Positions 8,683 through 18,152 of a DNA stretch of 35,284 bases are shown here, in pieces (within the stretch, counting starts at the first letter, position 1; each line of letters begins with the position of its first letter). Made by a program: the position numbers and the translations under genes. The notes under the pieces were generated by a model. It searched no databases, had not been told where the DNA came from, and worked only from the letters and a program-made list of their open reading frames with translations. Source of the stretch: Thermomicrobiales bacterium (GTDB lineage Bacteria; Chloroflexota; Chloroflexia; Thermomicrobiales; UBA6265); the NCBI GenBank assembly GCA_041743205.1, contig JBGTNF010000123.1, positions 1 through 35,284 on the forward strand. The letters run 5' to 3'.

Positions 8683-9951
8683 ATGGAGCAACTCAACGTG
8701 GTTCAAGCCCCCAACATCGCCCCCATCTCCCAAACCGCGTTCTCGGCTGCCGAAACCATGCCGGACGCCCAGGGCCGGTTCGGCCGGTTCGGTGGCGCCT
8801 ACGCTCCCGAAACCCTGATGCCGGCCATTTCCGAGCTTATCGCCGCCTACGAGGAGGCAAAACGGGACCCGGCGTTCCAGGCCGAGATCGACGAGCTGGC
8901 GACCCATTACGTGGGACGCGCGACCCCCCTCTACGAAGCCAAACGCTTCGCCGCCGAAACCGGCGGCGCCGATGGACCCCGGATCTTCCTTAAACGGGAG
9001 GACCTGGCCCACACCGGCGCCCACAAGATCAACAACGCGCTCGGCCAGGCCCTGCTCGCGAAGCGGATGGGCAAGCCCCGCATCATCGCCGAAACCGGAG
9101 CCGGTCAGCATGGAGTTGCCACGGCAACGGCCTGCGCCCTGCTCGGCCTCAAGTGCGTGGTCTACATGGGCGAGGTCGATATCCAGCGGCAATCGCTCAA
9201 CGTCTTCCGGATGAAGCTGCTCGGGGCCGAGGTCGTCTCCGTCACCTCCGGGTCGAAGACGCTGAAAGACGCGATCAACGAGGCAATCCGTGACTGGGTC
9301 ACCAATGTCGACGACACCTTCTACATCTTCGGCACCGTCGCCGGCATGCACCCGTACCCGATGATCGTCCGCGACTTCCAGTCCGTCATCGGGCGCGAGG
9401 CCCGCGTGCAAATCCGGGAGCAAACCGGGGCGCTGCCGGATGCGATCGTGGCCTGCGTCGGCGGCGGCTCGAACGCAATGGGTCTCTTCTACCCTTTCCT
9501 TGGGGATGAATCGGTGGAAATCATCGGCGTCGAGGCGGGCGGTCACGGGCTCGAATCCGGCCTGCACGCCGCGACCCTTGTCGCCGGCGAGGAAGGTGTG
9601 CTGCACGGCTCGTGGTCGTACGTGTTGATGGACGACGACGGCCAGATCGTGGAGACCCATTCGATCTCGGCTGGACTCGATTACCCCGGTGTCGGACCGG
9701 AGCTCTCGCACATGAAGTACACCGGCCGTGCCCGGTTCGTCTCGATCACGGACAAGGAGGCGCTGGAAGGGTTCAAAATGCTCTGCCGCACCGAGGGCAT
9801 CATCCCGGCGCTGGAATCGAGCCACGCGATCGCCTACGCCGCCAAGCTGGCGAAAGAGATGAAGCAGGGGCAAACAATGGTGATCAACCTTTCCGGTCGG
9901 GGCGACAAGGACATGCACACGGTGGCCGACGCGCTGGGGGTTTCGCTGTGA
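8683..9951 (+). CDS. trpB: Tryptophan synthase beta subunit
   Basis: [16 protein letters not shown] (PLP lysine), [28 protein letters not shown] and NLSGRGDKD. Start is ATG 8683 or GTG 8698. Confidence 0.97.
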   Translation: MEQLNVVQAPNIAPISQTAFSAAETMPDAQGRFGRFGGAYAPETLMPAISELIAAYEEAKRDPAFQAEIDELATHYVGRATPLYEAKRFAAETGGADGPRIFLKREDLAHTGAHKINNALGQALLAKRMGKPRIIAETGAGQHGVATATACALLGLKCVVYMGEVDIQRQSLNVFRMKLLGAEVVSVTSGSKTLKDAINEAIRDWVTNVDDTFYIFGTVAGMHPYPMIVRDFQSVIGREARVQIREQTGALPDAIVACVGGGSNAMGLFYPFLGDESVEIIGVEAGGHGLESGLHAATLVAGEEGVLHGSWSYVLMDDDGQIVETHSISAGLDYPGVGPELSHMKYTGRARFVSITDKEALEGFKMLCRTEGIIPALESSHAIAYAAKLAKEMKQGQTMVINLSGRGDKDMHTVADALGVSL

Positions 9952-10781
9952 CGGACACCGTGACATCGACGGCAGCGACTACGACGGCCAGCCGGATCGG
10001 CGATACGTTCGCCCGCCTCAAGGCCGAGGGACGAACCGCGCTGATGCCGTTCCACACGGCGGGCTACCCGACCCTCGCAACGAGCAAGGCCATCATCCAC
10101 GCCCTGATCGACGCCGGCGCGGACATGATCGAGGTCGGCGTCCCGTTTTCCGATCCGATCGCCGATGGGCCGTCGGTGCAAAGCACCGGCCAGATCGCGC
10201 TCGAAAACGGAACGCGGCTCAAGGACTGCATCGAGCTGGTGCGCCAGTTGCGGGCCGAAGGCGTGACCACGCCGCTGCTGTTGATGGGCTACTACAACCC
10301 GGTCCTCAAATACGGCGTGGAGCGCTACGCGGCCGATTGCGCGGCGGCGGGCGTCGACGGCTTCATCGTGCCCGACCTTCCGATCGAGGAGTCGGGCGCC
10401 CTGCGCGAGGCCTGCGCCGCGCACGGCCGCGACCTGATCTTCATGGTCGCTCCCACCAGCACCGAAGACCGGCTCCGGGCGGCGGCCGAGCACGGCAGCG
10501 GGTTCCTGTACTGCGTGTCGGTCACCGGGGTCACTGGCGCGCGTGACGCGATGTCGCAAACGATCGGCGACTACATCGCCCGTGTGCGCCAGATAGCGAA
10601 CCTGCCGCTGGCGATCGGGTTCGGCATCTCGAAATCCGAGCACGTCCGCCAGGTGGGGGAGATCGCCGAGGGCGCGATCGTCGGCGCCGCGCTCATCAAC
10701 GCCCTGACCGCGGTGTCGGATGATGAGAAACCGGCAAAGGCCGCCGAGTTCGTCCGCTTCCTCCGCGGCGAAGCAGATTAG
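9948..10781 (+). CDS. trpA: Tryptophan synthase alpha subunit
   Basis: [28 protein letters not shown] and GFGIS; GTGA overlap with the trpB stop. Confidence 0.96.
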   Translation: MTDTVTSTAATTTASRIGDTFARLKAEGRTALMPFHTAGYPTLATSKAIIHALIDAGADMIEVGVPFSDPIADGPSVQSTGQIALENGTRLKDCIELVRQLRAEGVTTPLLLMGYYNPVLKYGVERYAADCAAAGVDGFIVPDLPIEESGALREACAAHGRDLIFMVAPTSTEDRLRAAAEHGSGFLYCVSVTGVTGARDAMSQTIGDYIARVRQIANLPLAIGFGISKSEHVRQVGEIAEGAIVGAALINALTAVSDDEKPAKAAEFVRFLRGEAD

Positions 10782-10788
10782 TCGTCTC

Positions 10789-10876
10789 GTAGGGGTCAAC
10801 CTCCGTGTTGACCCGAACCAGGCCACCCGGAGGCATCGGGCGATCACGTATCCAGCGGGGCCAGGATCGCCCCTAC
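10789..10876. repeat. Convergent pair of GTAG REP elements (REPIN-like)
   Basis: Plus strand GTAG-GGGTCAAC-CTCCGT-GTTGACCC (10789-10814); minus strand GTAG-GGGCGATC-19 nt-GATCGCCC (10838-10876). Confidence 0.7.
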
Positions 10877-10894
10877 GGAAGCCGGACGAAATCT

Positions 10895-12463
10895 GTGACT
10901 ACCCCAACCACCACCACCGCCGAACTCGTCGGACAGAGCATGATGCTGCGGTTCGTGGGGCCCGCGCTCACTGACGAGGCCTGGGCCAAGTTCCGGGAAA
11001 TCCGCCCCTGCGGCGTCATCTTCTTCGCCGACAACATCACGAGCCGCGAACAGCTCCACGAGCTGACATCAGACCTCCAGGCCGAAGCGCGTGCCCTCGG
11101 CATGCCACCGCTGTTGATCGCCGCCGACCAGGAGGCTGGCATCGTCAGCCGCCTTCCGGCCGACATGGTCACCGTCCCGGGCGCCATGGCGCTGACCGCC
11201 CGCGGCAACCGCGACGACATCGAGGAAGCGGCCCGGATCACGGGCGTCCAGTTGCGGGAGTGTGGGATCAACGTCAACTTCGCGCCCGTTGTCGACGTCA
11301 ACAACAACCCGGCCAATCCCGTGATCCGCACCCGCTCGTTCGGCGACACCGTCGAAAAGGTGGTCGATGGCGCCCTGGCGACGATCCGCGGCCTGACCGC
11401 AACGCGCGTGGTCGCCTGCGTCAAACACTTCCCCGGTCACGGCGACACCAGTGTCGATTCCCACCTCGGCCTGCCAGTCATCGAGCATCCACTCGAACGC
11501 CTGCGCGCGATCGAACTCGCTCCGTTCCGGGCCGGGATCGAGGCGGGCGTGCCGGCCGTGATGACGACGCACATCGTGTTTCCAGTGCTGGATGAGCACC
11601 CGGCAACACTTTCGCGGGCGGTCCTGACCGGCCTGCTGCGCGAGGAGCTGGGTTTCGAGGGCGTAATCTTCACCGATTCGCTCTCGATGGACGCCATCAA
11701 CGATCGTTACGGTCTCGCGGACACGGCCATCCGCTGCAAGGCCGCCGGCGTCGATGTGCTCGAATCGAACGAGTCGCTCGACAAGCAGCTCGTTCGATTT
11801 CGGGCACTGGTCCCCGCGGTCGACAATGGGTCGCTGCCTCGCGAGCTCTTCACGGCCACGGTCGAGCGGCTCGACCGGCTGCGGTCGACGTATGGACTCG
11901 CTGAACCGACGCCCCCGTTGGCGCCTGTCGATCCAACATGGCGCTCCGAGGCAGAGCGGATCGCCGCCGGGACGATCGCGCATCTCGGCATCCAGTCGTT
12001 CGTCCCGATCGGCGCCGATGAACTGGCGCTGATCGTCGATTTCCAGCGGTTGCGATCGAGCGAGGCCGAGGACCCGTTCAACCGGGCCGGCGTGATCCGG
12101 GTAGAAACGGCGCTTCACCTGCCGATCACGTTGGTCGCGACGCTGGGCCATCAGCCATCGGCGTCGGACTCTACCTTCGCCGTTGAGGCGGCGCAAGCGG
12201 TGACGACGATCGTGATCATGACGCGGGACGCGACAGATGCCCCGGACCAGGTGGAGGTGGCGCGTCGAATCATCGCCGCCGCCCGTCCTGAAGCCCGTAT
12301 CGTCCACGTCGCCTTGCGCGGGCCCTACGATGCTGGCCTGATCGGACAAGTGAACGACACGCTGCTGACCTTTGGCGATCCGGCCGTCACCCTGAAGACG
12401 CTGGTTGGCGTGCTCGCGGGGAGGGTCCAGCCAACTGCCAGCGTGCCGGTGGCATTGCAGTAG
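10895..12463 (+). CDS. nagZ: GH3 beta-N-acetylhexosaminidase (NagZ-like, two-domain)
   Basis: DQEAG, NFAPVVD, RTRSFG, NagZ signature KHFPGHGDTSVDSH and nucleophile region TDSLSM. Start is GTG 10895, after the REP pair. Confidence 0.8.
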   Translation: MTTPTTTTAELVGQSMMLRFVGPALTDEAWAKFREIRPCGVIFFADNITSREQLHELTSDLQAEARALGMPPLLIAADQEAGIVSRLPADMVTVPGAMALTARGNRDDIEEAARITGVQLRECGINVNFAPVVDVNNNPANPVIRTRSFGDTVEKVVDGALATIRGLTATRVVACVKHFPGHGDTSVDSHLGLPVIEHPLERLRAIELAPFRAGIEAGVPAVMTTHIVFPVLDEHPATLSRAVLTGLLREELGFEGVIFTDSLSMDAINDRYGLADTAIRCKAAGVDVLESNESLDKQLVRFRALVPAVDNGSLPRELFTATVERLDRLRSTYGLAEPTPPLAPVDPTWRSEAERIAAGTIAHLGIQSFVPIGADELALIVDFQRLRSSEAEDPFNRAGVIRVETALHLPITLVATLGHQPSASDSTFAVEAAQAVTTIVIMTRDATDAPDQVEVARRIIAAARPEARIVHVALRGPYDAGLIGQVNDTLLTFGDPAVTLKTLVGVLAGRVQPTASVPVALQ

Positions 12464-12644
12464 TCATCCGTTAGTCAACAGAACTGATCTCCATCATAAT
12501 TGCTTCTTAGACCGCATTTCACAGGAGGTGGTGGGTCCAGATTCATGTACGGTTGCGGAGCTTGCACCGCCCGTGCCGGGCACTGCCGATCGATCCGTCC
12601 ACAATCTGCAAAGTGATTCGCGCGATAGCCAGGGAGATACCGAC

Positions 12645-13298
12645 TTGTTCCTAAACAGACGACAATTCATCTTCGCCACCATTGGTGGAGTGTCATCACA
12701 AGCCATGGCACGTAGTGTTTCTGCGCAGACACCTGATCCAGCCATTAATGCAACAGCCGCCGCCTTACGTGAATTTACTCTAACAGCACGAAATCCCGAC
12801 TTTGAAATCAACATTAGCGATCCATCAGCCAGCGATCTCTACTTCCCCAGTATGTCAGCTCTCGTTGTGGCATATCAGGATTCAGCCTCCGCCAGCAGCG
12901 GATTTGATGCGATTGAGGCCGAAGTGGAACAACTCGACGATGCCGCGCAAGTCGAGGGCGATGTTCCTGAAGTTGCGGACCGTGTAGCTGCTTACCGCTT
13001 TAAGTGGGCCGGCTGGAATGAAGGGCAACCGCTCGGAGCCATCGTGCTTGTGCTGGATGGAGACACGGTACACCGGTGGGAGTGCAACCTGGAAGGAACC
13101 ACTTCGGTCGGACCAACCGAGGTGGTATTGTATGGTGCTCTGAATGCCATTTGGCCGGAGTCTGATCATGTGCCGGTGGCTGGACCCTACGATCAGAGCG
13201 AACTCTTGGCTCTCCTACCAAGTGAGACGGACGTAGTAGGTGATGTTGTTTCAGATGCTTTTGGTGTGAATGAATATTATAGTGACTTCGAAAGATAG
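12645..13298 (+). CDS. Hypothetical acidic exported protein with twin-arginine signal
   Basis: GGGAG RBS then TTG 12645; NRRQFI Tat motif, hydrophobic stretch and VSA-Q cleavage-like site; visibly AT-richer than its flanks. Confidence 0.65.
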   Translation: MFLNRRQFIFATIGGVSSQAMARSVSAQTPDPAINATAAALREFTLTARNPDFEINISDPSASDLYFPSMSALVVAYQDSASASSGFDAIEAEVEQLDDAAQVEGDVPEVADRVAAYRFKWAGWNEGQPLGAIVLVLDGDTVHRWECNLEGTTSVGPTEVVLYGALNAIWPESDHVPVAGPYDQSELLALLPSETDVVGDVVSDAFGVNEYYSDFER

Positions 13299-13346
13299 AC
13301 ATCATCCGCGTCGGGCATAGGAACAATCCTTTCCACGCCGTAGCGG

Positions 13347-14543
13347 TCAGGCGAAGAAGTCCTCGTCGCCGGCAACGAGGTACTGGCTCGCCTTCTCGAC
13401 GTTGAACTCGACGCCCATGCCTGGCCGGTCCCAGACCTCGATATGGCCATCGACGATGATCGGGTGGTCGAAGCCCTCGACGATGTCGTACCACCAGGCG
13501 GGTTTGCCGGCCGGGCACTCGAAAGCGATGTAGTTGTCCGGCATCGTGGCGCAGACCTGCACCAGCGCCGCGATCCCCAGCAACCCGTTGCCCGTGCCGT
13601 GGGGCGCCATCAGGATGCCGTGCAGGTCGGCGTATTCCGCAATCCACTTGAGCTCGGCGATGCCGCCGACATCGCCGGGGTCCGGCCCGACCACGTTGAC
13701 CGCCTTGCCTTCGATCAGCCCCTTGAAGTTCTGGCGCAGGTAGATCTGCTCACCCGTGTGGATCGGGGTCGAGGTGCTCATCGTCAACTCGCGATAGACA
13801 TCGGCGTTGACCCAATGCACGTAGTCGCCCGTCAGCAGGTCCTCCAGCCAGAGCAGGTGGAGGTGCTCGACCGCTTTCGCGAAGCGGAGCGCGTCGGTCA
13901 GGTGCCAGCCAGGGCCGCAATCGAGCGCCAGCCCGACCTCATTGCCGAGCGCATCCTTCGCTGCCTCGACGCAGGCGACCACGTGGTGGAACCCCTTCTC
14001 GGTCAACAAACCGCGGTTGATGTGCGAGTGGAAAGCGCGCCGCTCGTGCTCGCCGTAGTAAAAATCCGGGACGTCGGCGGTCATCGTCGAGTGAAAAGCG
14101 ATCGGGATCTTGACGATCGAGAAACCCTCAGGCCGTGCTTTCATCGCGGTCGCGTAGGCAGCGTAGTCCTCGGGCGTGTGGCGGGGGATCGGATCCCGGT
14201 AGGCGCCGTTGTATACCCGCACCCGATCCCGCACCTTGCCGCCGAGCAGCTTGTGGACCGGCAACCCGGCGGCCTTGCCGGCAAGGTCCCAGAGCGCCAT
14301 CTCGACCGCGCTCACCGCCGCGCCCCACGGTTTGAACCCGCCCCGGCTGCGGATGCGCCGCATCACGCGCTCGACGTCCGTCGGGTCCTGCCCGAGCAGG
14401 GCCGGTTTCAGCATCATCACGATCGGCGGAAGGTAGGGCTTGTAGGTTTCGACCTGGCCATAGCCGCTGACGCCTTCGTCGGTCACGATCCGTACAATCG
14501 GGCTTTCGCCGATCAGCGCGCATTTCAAGTCCGTGATCTTCAC
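13347..14543 (-). CDS. Mandelate racemase/muconate lactonising enzyme family protein (probable acid-sugar dehydratase)
   Basis: EMALWDLAGK..GLPVHKLLGGKVRD; metal ligands in ALDCG, WLED and TGEQ; APH; DRPGMG. GGAG RBS with GTG start. Confidence 0.88.
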   Translation of the reverse strand: MKITDLKCALIGESPIVRIVTDEGVSGYGQVETYKPYLPPIVMMLKPALLGQDPTDVERVMRRIRSRGGFKPWGAAVSAVEMALWDLAGKAAGLPVHKLLGGKVRDRVRVYNGAYRDPIPRHTPEDYAAYATAMKARPEGFSIVKIPIAFHSTMTADVPDFYYGEHERRAFHSHINRGLLTEKGFHHVVACVEAAKDALGNEVGLALDCGPGWHLTDALRFAKAVEHLHLLWLEDLLTGDYVHWVNADVYRELTMSTSTPIHTGEQIYLRQNFKGLIEGKAVNVVGPDPGDVGGIAELKWIAEYADLHGILMAPHGTGNGLLGIAALVQVCATMPDNYIAFECPAGKPAWWYDIVEGFDHPIIVDGHIEVWDRPGMGVEFNVEKASQYLVAGDEDFFA

Positions 14544-14623
14544 TGAAAACTCCTTGCCGTTGTTGCGTCAGGTCCCCGTCACCTCGTACTGGCGGGTCTT
14601 GTGCCCGCCACCTCGAGTGAGCC

Positions 14624-15823
14624 TCAGTCGAAGAAGCCCTGGTCCGCATCCGCAAGGTGGGCGCGCGCCTTGTCGACGATGAACTCGACGCCCATGCCGG
14701 GCCGGTCGCCGACCGCGACGTGACCATCCACCACCGGGGAGTTCTCGAACCCGTTGGTGATGTCGTACCACCACGGCTCGAACCGCGCCGGGTACTCGAA
14801 GGCGATGAAGTTGTCCGGCAGCGTGGCCCCGACCTGGACGTGCGCGGCCAGCCCGAAGATGCCGTTGGCGGTGCCGTGCGGGGCAATCAGGATGCCGTGC
14901 AGGTCGGCGTACTCGGCGATCCACTTCAGCTCGGCGATGCCGCCGACATCGCATGGGTCGGGACCGACGATGTTGACCGCCTTGCCTTCGATCAGCGCCT
15001 TGAAATTCTGGCGCAGGTAGATTTGCTCGCCAGTGTGGATCGGGGTCGACGTGTTGGCGGTCACTTCACGATAGACATCGGCGTTCACAAACGGCACGTA
15101 GTCGCCGGTGATCATGTCTTCCAGCCAGAGCAGGTGGAGGTGTTCGACGGCCTTTGCGAAGCGGAGCGCGTCCGGCGCGAGCCAGCCGGGCCCGCAATCC
15201 AGGGCCAGGCCGTACTCCGGGCCCAGCTCCTCCTTGGCGGCCTCGATGCAGGCGACGAGATGGGTCATGCCCCGCTCGGTCATTAGCCCGCGGTGGGCGT
15301 AGTGATAGCCCTGCTCGGGCAGGAGCACGTCGCCGTAGAAGTACTCCGGCACCTGCGTCACCATCGAGGAGTGGAACGAGGTCGGCAGCTTGAACATGGA
15401 GAACTTCTCGGGCATCGCCTTGGCCGCTCGCGCCCAGGTCGCGTAGTCGTCCGGTCTGTGCGTGATGTCCGGCGCGTGGTAGGCGGTGCGGTAGGTGCGG
15501 ACGCGGTCCCGCACCTTGCCGCCGAGCAGCTTGTGGACCGGCAATCCGGCGGCCTTGCCGGCCAGGTCCCAGAGCGCCATTTCGATGGCGCTGACCGCCG
15601 AACCCCACGGCTTGAACCCGCCTCGGCTGCGGATGCGCCGCATCACGCGCTCGACGTTGGTCGGGTCCTGCCCGATCAGCGCGGGTTTCAGCATGAGCAC
15701 CACGGGCACGAGGTAGGGCTTGGGCGTCTCGACCTGGCCCCAGCCGTCGATGCCCTCATCGGTCACGATCCGCACGATCGGACTGCCGCCGATCACGACG
15801 CATTTGAGGTCCGTAATCTTCAC
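14624..15823 (-). CDS. Mandelate racemase/muconate lactonising enzyme family protein, tandem paralogue
   Basis: Same motifs as 13347-14543. GGGAG RBS precedes GTG 15823; the longer ORF-track start is an artefact. Confidence 0.88.
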   Translation of the reverse strand: MKITDLKCVVIGGSPIVRIVTDEGIDGWGQVETPKPYLVPVVLMLKPALIGQDPTNVERVMRRIRSRGGFKPWGSAVSAIEMALWDLAGKAAGLPVHKLLGGKVRDRVRTYRTAYHAPDITHRPDDYATWARAAKAMPEKFSMFKLPTSFHSSMVTQVPEYFYGDVLLPEQGYHYAHRGLMTERGMTHLVACIEAAKEELGPEYGLALDCGPGWLAPDALRFAKAVEHLHLLWLEDMITGDYVPFVNADVYREVTANTSTPIHTGEQIYLRQNFKALIEGKAVNIVGPDPCDVGGIAELKWIAEYADLHGILIAPHGTANGIFGLAAHVQVGATLPDNFIAFEYPARFEPWWYDITNGFENSPVVDGHVAVGDRPGMGVEFIVDKARAHLADADQGFFD

Positions 15824-16032
15824 TAGGCACTCCCAGGCGGCTGGCACGCGCCAGGCATCGTGGATGTGCCTGGCGCGCGTCTTCGTTCGGTCGGTTCTGC
15901 GGGGGCATTGTATCCGCGTGACCGACACTGTCCAGAGGGACCAAACCGAACCTCGCCACAAGCAGCCTAAAGAACGCCACCACATTCCATACGCTAAGCG
16001 CATACCATATAATTGCGGCAGTGGAGGAGATG

Positions 16033-16317
16033 ATGGCTCCAAGGTTTGCCGACAAACGGACACAACAGTTCGCCTCCGGTCAACGTGTCGCCGCATTCTC
16101 CAGCTTCGAGCGCCAGGCGCAACGCCGGTTGTTCGTGCTCCAGAACGCGCCCAACCTCGATGCGCTTCGTGCGTTGCAAAGCAATCGCCTCGAAACGTTG
16201 CGCGGCGACCGGGCAGGCCAGTACAGCATCAGGATCAGCAGTCAATGGCGCCTGTGTTTCGAGTGGCCCGCCGGAGATGCCGAACCTTCCAATATCGAGA
16301 TCGTGGACTATCACTAA
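16033..16317 (+). CDS. higB: Type II toxin, HigB (RelE/ParE superfamily)
   Basis: F.DK.T, NRLETLRGDRAGQYSIRI..QWRLCFEW and C-terminal IVDYH; toxin-first order. GTG 16021 and ATG 16030 are alternative starts. Confidence 0.9.
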   Translation: MAPRFADKRTQQFASGQRVAAFSSFERQAQRRLFVLQNAPNLDALRALQSNRLETLRGDRAGQYSIRISSQWRLCFEWPAGDAEPSNIEIVDYH

Positions 16318-16331
16318 CTGGAGATTGATTC

Positions 16332-16625
16332 ATGTTTCCGATTATCCACCCCGGTGAAATCCTGGCCGAGGAACTCGAAGAACGTGGGGTGACCGGGTCG
16401 GCGGCGGCACGGGCGCTCGGCATTCCACAAAGCCGCATCTCGAACATCCTCCGGGCCCGGACGGGGATCACGGCCGACACCGCCTTGCGGCTCGGACGCT
16501 GGCTGGGAACCGGCCCGGAACTGTGGCTCAATATGCAAAAGGACTACGAACTGCGCGTCGCGGAAGCGAGCGTGGGCCGGGAAATCCAATCGACCGTTGC
16601 GCCATTCGTGTCTTCCACCCGGTAG
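16332..16625 (+). CDS. higA: Type II antitoxin, HigA (XRE HTH)
   Basis: IHPGEILAEEL, ITADTALRLG and PELWLNMQ..YEL. Confidence 0.92.
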   Translation: MFPIIHPGEILAEELEERGVTGSAAARALGIPQSRISNILRARTGITADTALRLGRWLGTGPELWLNMQKDYELRVAEASVGREIQSTVAPFVSSTR

Positions 16626-16743
16626 CATTGGATCGACGCGATCCAACATACTGGCCGCACTTGATATTCACTCGCTGGGGGGAAAGGTCGCTCCAGTGGG
16701 TTCAGTCACGGTTCCGGTTCGCCCTGAAGCAGGAGACATCGAT

Positions 16744-18150
16744 ATGGCACACCCGGAACCTGCGTTCACCATGTCTTCCGGCTCGAGTTCGACAGCCAGC
16801 TTGCTCGACGACGCCGCCAGCCGCTCGAAGCGCTACCTCGACGATCTCGATGGACGTTCGGTCGCTCCCGCTCCGCCGGCGCTCGAACGCCTCAAGGAAT
16901 TCGATCATCCGCTGCCCGTCGAGCCGACGGCCTCCGAAACGGTGCTCGCGATGCTGGATGACATCGGATCTCCGTCAACGGTTGCAACCGCTGGTCGCCG
17001 GTTCTTCGGTTTCGTGATCGGCGGGTCGTTGCCGGCGGCGTTGGCGGCGAATTGGCTGGCAGGGGCGTGGGACCAGAATGCCGGTCTGTACCAGACCTCG
17101 CCGGTGAGCGCGGCGCTGGAAACCGTCGCCGAACGCTGGCTGGTCGACATCCTGAACTTGCCGCAGGGGACGACGGCTTCCTTCGTGACCGGCTGCACCA
17201 TGGCCAATTTCACCGGCCTCCTCGCCGCCCGCCAGGCGGTGCTCGAACGTGCCGGGTGGAACGCGGACGTCGACGGCCTGTTCGGGGCTCCTCCAATCAC
17301 GGTCGTGGTCGGCGAGGAAGCGCATCCTAGTCTCTACAAATCGATTGGCATGCTGGGTCTTGGCCGTGAACGTGTCATCAAGGTGCCGATCGATGGGCAA
17401 GGTCGGATGTGTGCCGACGCGCTCCCGGAAATCCTGGGACCAACCATTGTTTGCATCCAGGCCGGTAATGTGAACAGCGGCGCGTTCGATCCGGCTCGTG
17501 AACTATGCGCTTGGGCTCACCAGGCGGGCGCCTGGGTGCACGTCGACGGTGCATTTGGTCTCTGGGCCGCTGCCGCTCCCGGCCGGAAACACGTGACCGA
17601 AGGTTTCGAGGATGCGGATTCCTGGGCAACCGATGCTCATAAGTGGCTCAATGTGCCGTACGACTGTGGTCTCGCCTTCGTCCGTGAGGCATCGCCCTTG
17701 CGCTCGATCCTGGCCGCCACGGCCGCCTACCTGCCAGACTCGGACTTTCGACAGCCCTTTCAGTACACGCCAGAAGTCTCGCGTCGCGCTCGCGGAATCG
17801 AGGTCTGGGCGGCATTGCTTTCCCTTGGCTCGGCTGGTGTGGCAGACCTCGTCGAACGCACCTGCCGGTATGCCACCCGGTTTGCGGACGGTCTCGCTGG
17901 AGCCGGTTACGAGATCCTCAACGATGTGCATCTCAATCAGGTGCTGGTCTCTTTCGGCGAGCCGGAAATGACCCGTGCCGTCATCGCGGAACTTCAGGCG
18001 GATGGCGCGTGCTGGTGTGGCGGAACGGTGTGGCAGGGGCGGACTGCGATGCGGATCAGTGTCTCGTCCTGGGCGACGACCGACGCGGATGTCGAACGGT
18101 CACTTGCAGCCATGATCCGGATCGCCAATGCGCACGGTTGGTCGAACTAA
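16744..18150 (+). CDS. Group II PLP-dependent decarboxylase (aromatic-L-amino-acid/glutamate decarboxylase-like)
   Basis: RFFGFVIGG, WDQN, WVHVDGAFG and PLP lysine motif DAHKWLNVPYDCG; AGGAG RBS before ATG 16744. Confidence 0.87.
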   Translation: MAHPEPAFTMSSGSSSTASLLDDAASRSKRYLDDLDGRSVAPAPPALERLKEFDHPLPVEPTASETVLAMLDDIGSPSTVATAGRRFFGFVIGGSLPAALAANWLAGAWDQNAGLYQTSPVSAALETVAERWLVDILNLPQGTTASFVTGCTMANFTGLLAARQAVLERAGWNADVDGLFGAPPITVVVGEEAHPSLYKSIGMLGLGRERVIKVPIDGQGRMCADALPEILGPTIVCIQAGNVNSGAFDPARELCAWAHQAGAWVHVDGAFGLWAAAAPGRKHVTEGFEDADSWATDAHKWLNVPYDCGLAFVREASPLRSILAATAAYLPDSDFRQPFQYTPEVSRRARGIEVWAALLSLGSAGVADLVERTCRYATRFADGLAGAGYEILNDVHLNQVLVSFGEPEMTRAVIAELQADGACWCGGTVWQGRTAMRISVSSWATTDADVERSLAAMIRIANAHGWSN

Positions 18151-18152
18151 CC

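Noticed and set aside
8612-8820. Possible trp attenuator leader: an alternative frame upstream of and into trpB has three Trp codons
   Set aside because: The frame has no ATG/GTG start before the Trp codons, the codons are not tandem, and no terminator or T-box was seen.
12545-12616. Small Cys-containing ORF MYGCGACTARAGHCRSIRPQSAK
   Set aside because: The AGGAGG is about 16 nt upstream, too far for an RBS, and no maturation enzymes are nearby.
12464-13309. TCATCCG direct repeat flanking the AT-rich gene as a possible target-site duplication
   Set aside because: It is only 7 bp, with no inverted repeats or transposase.
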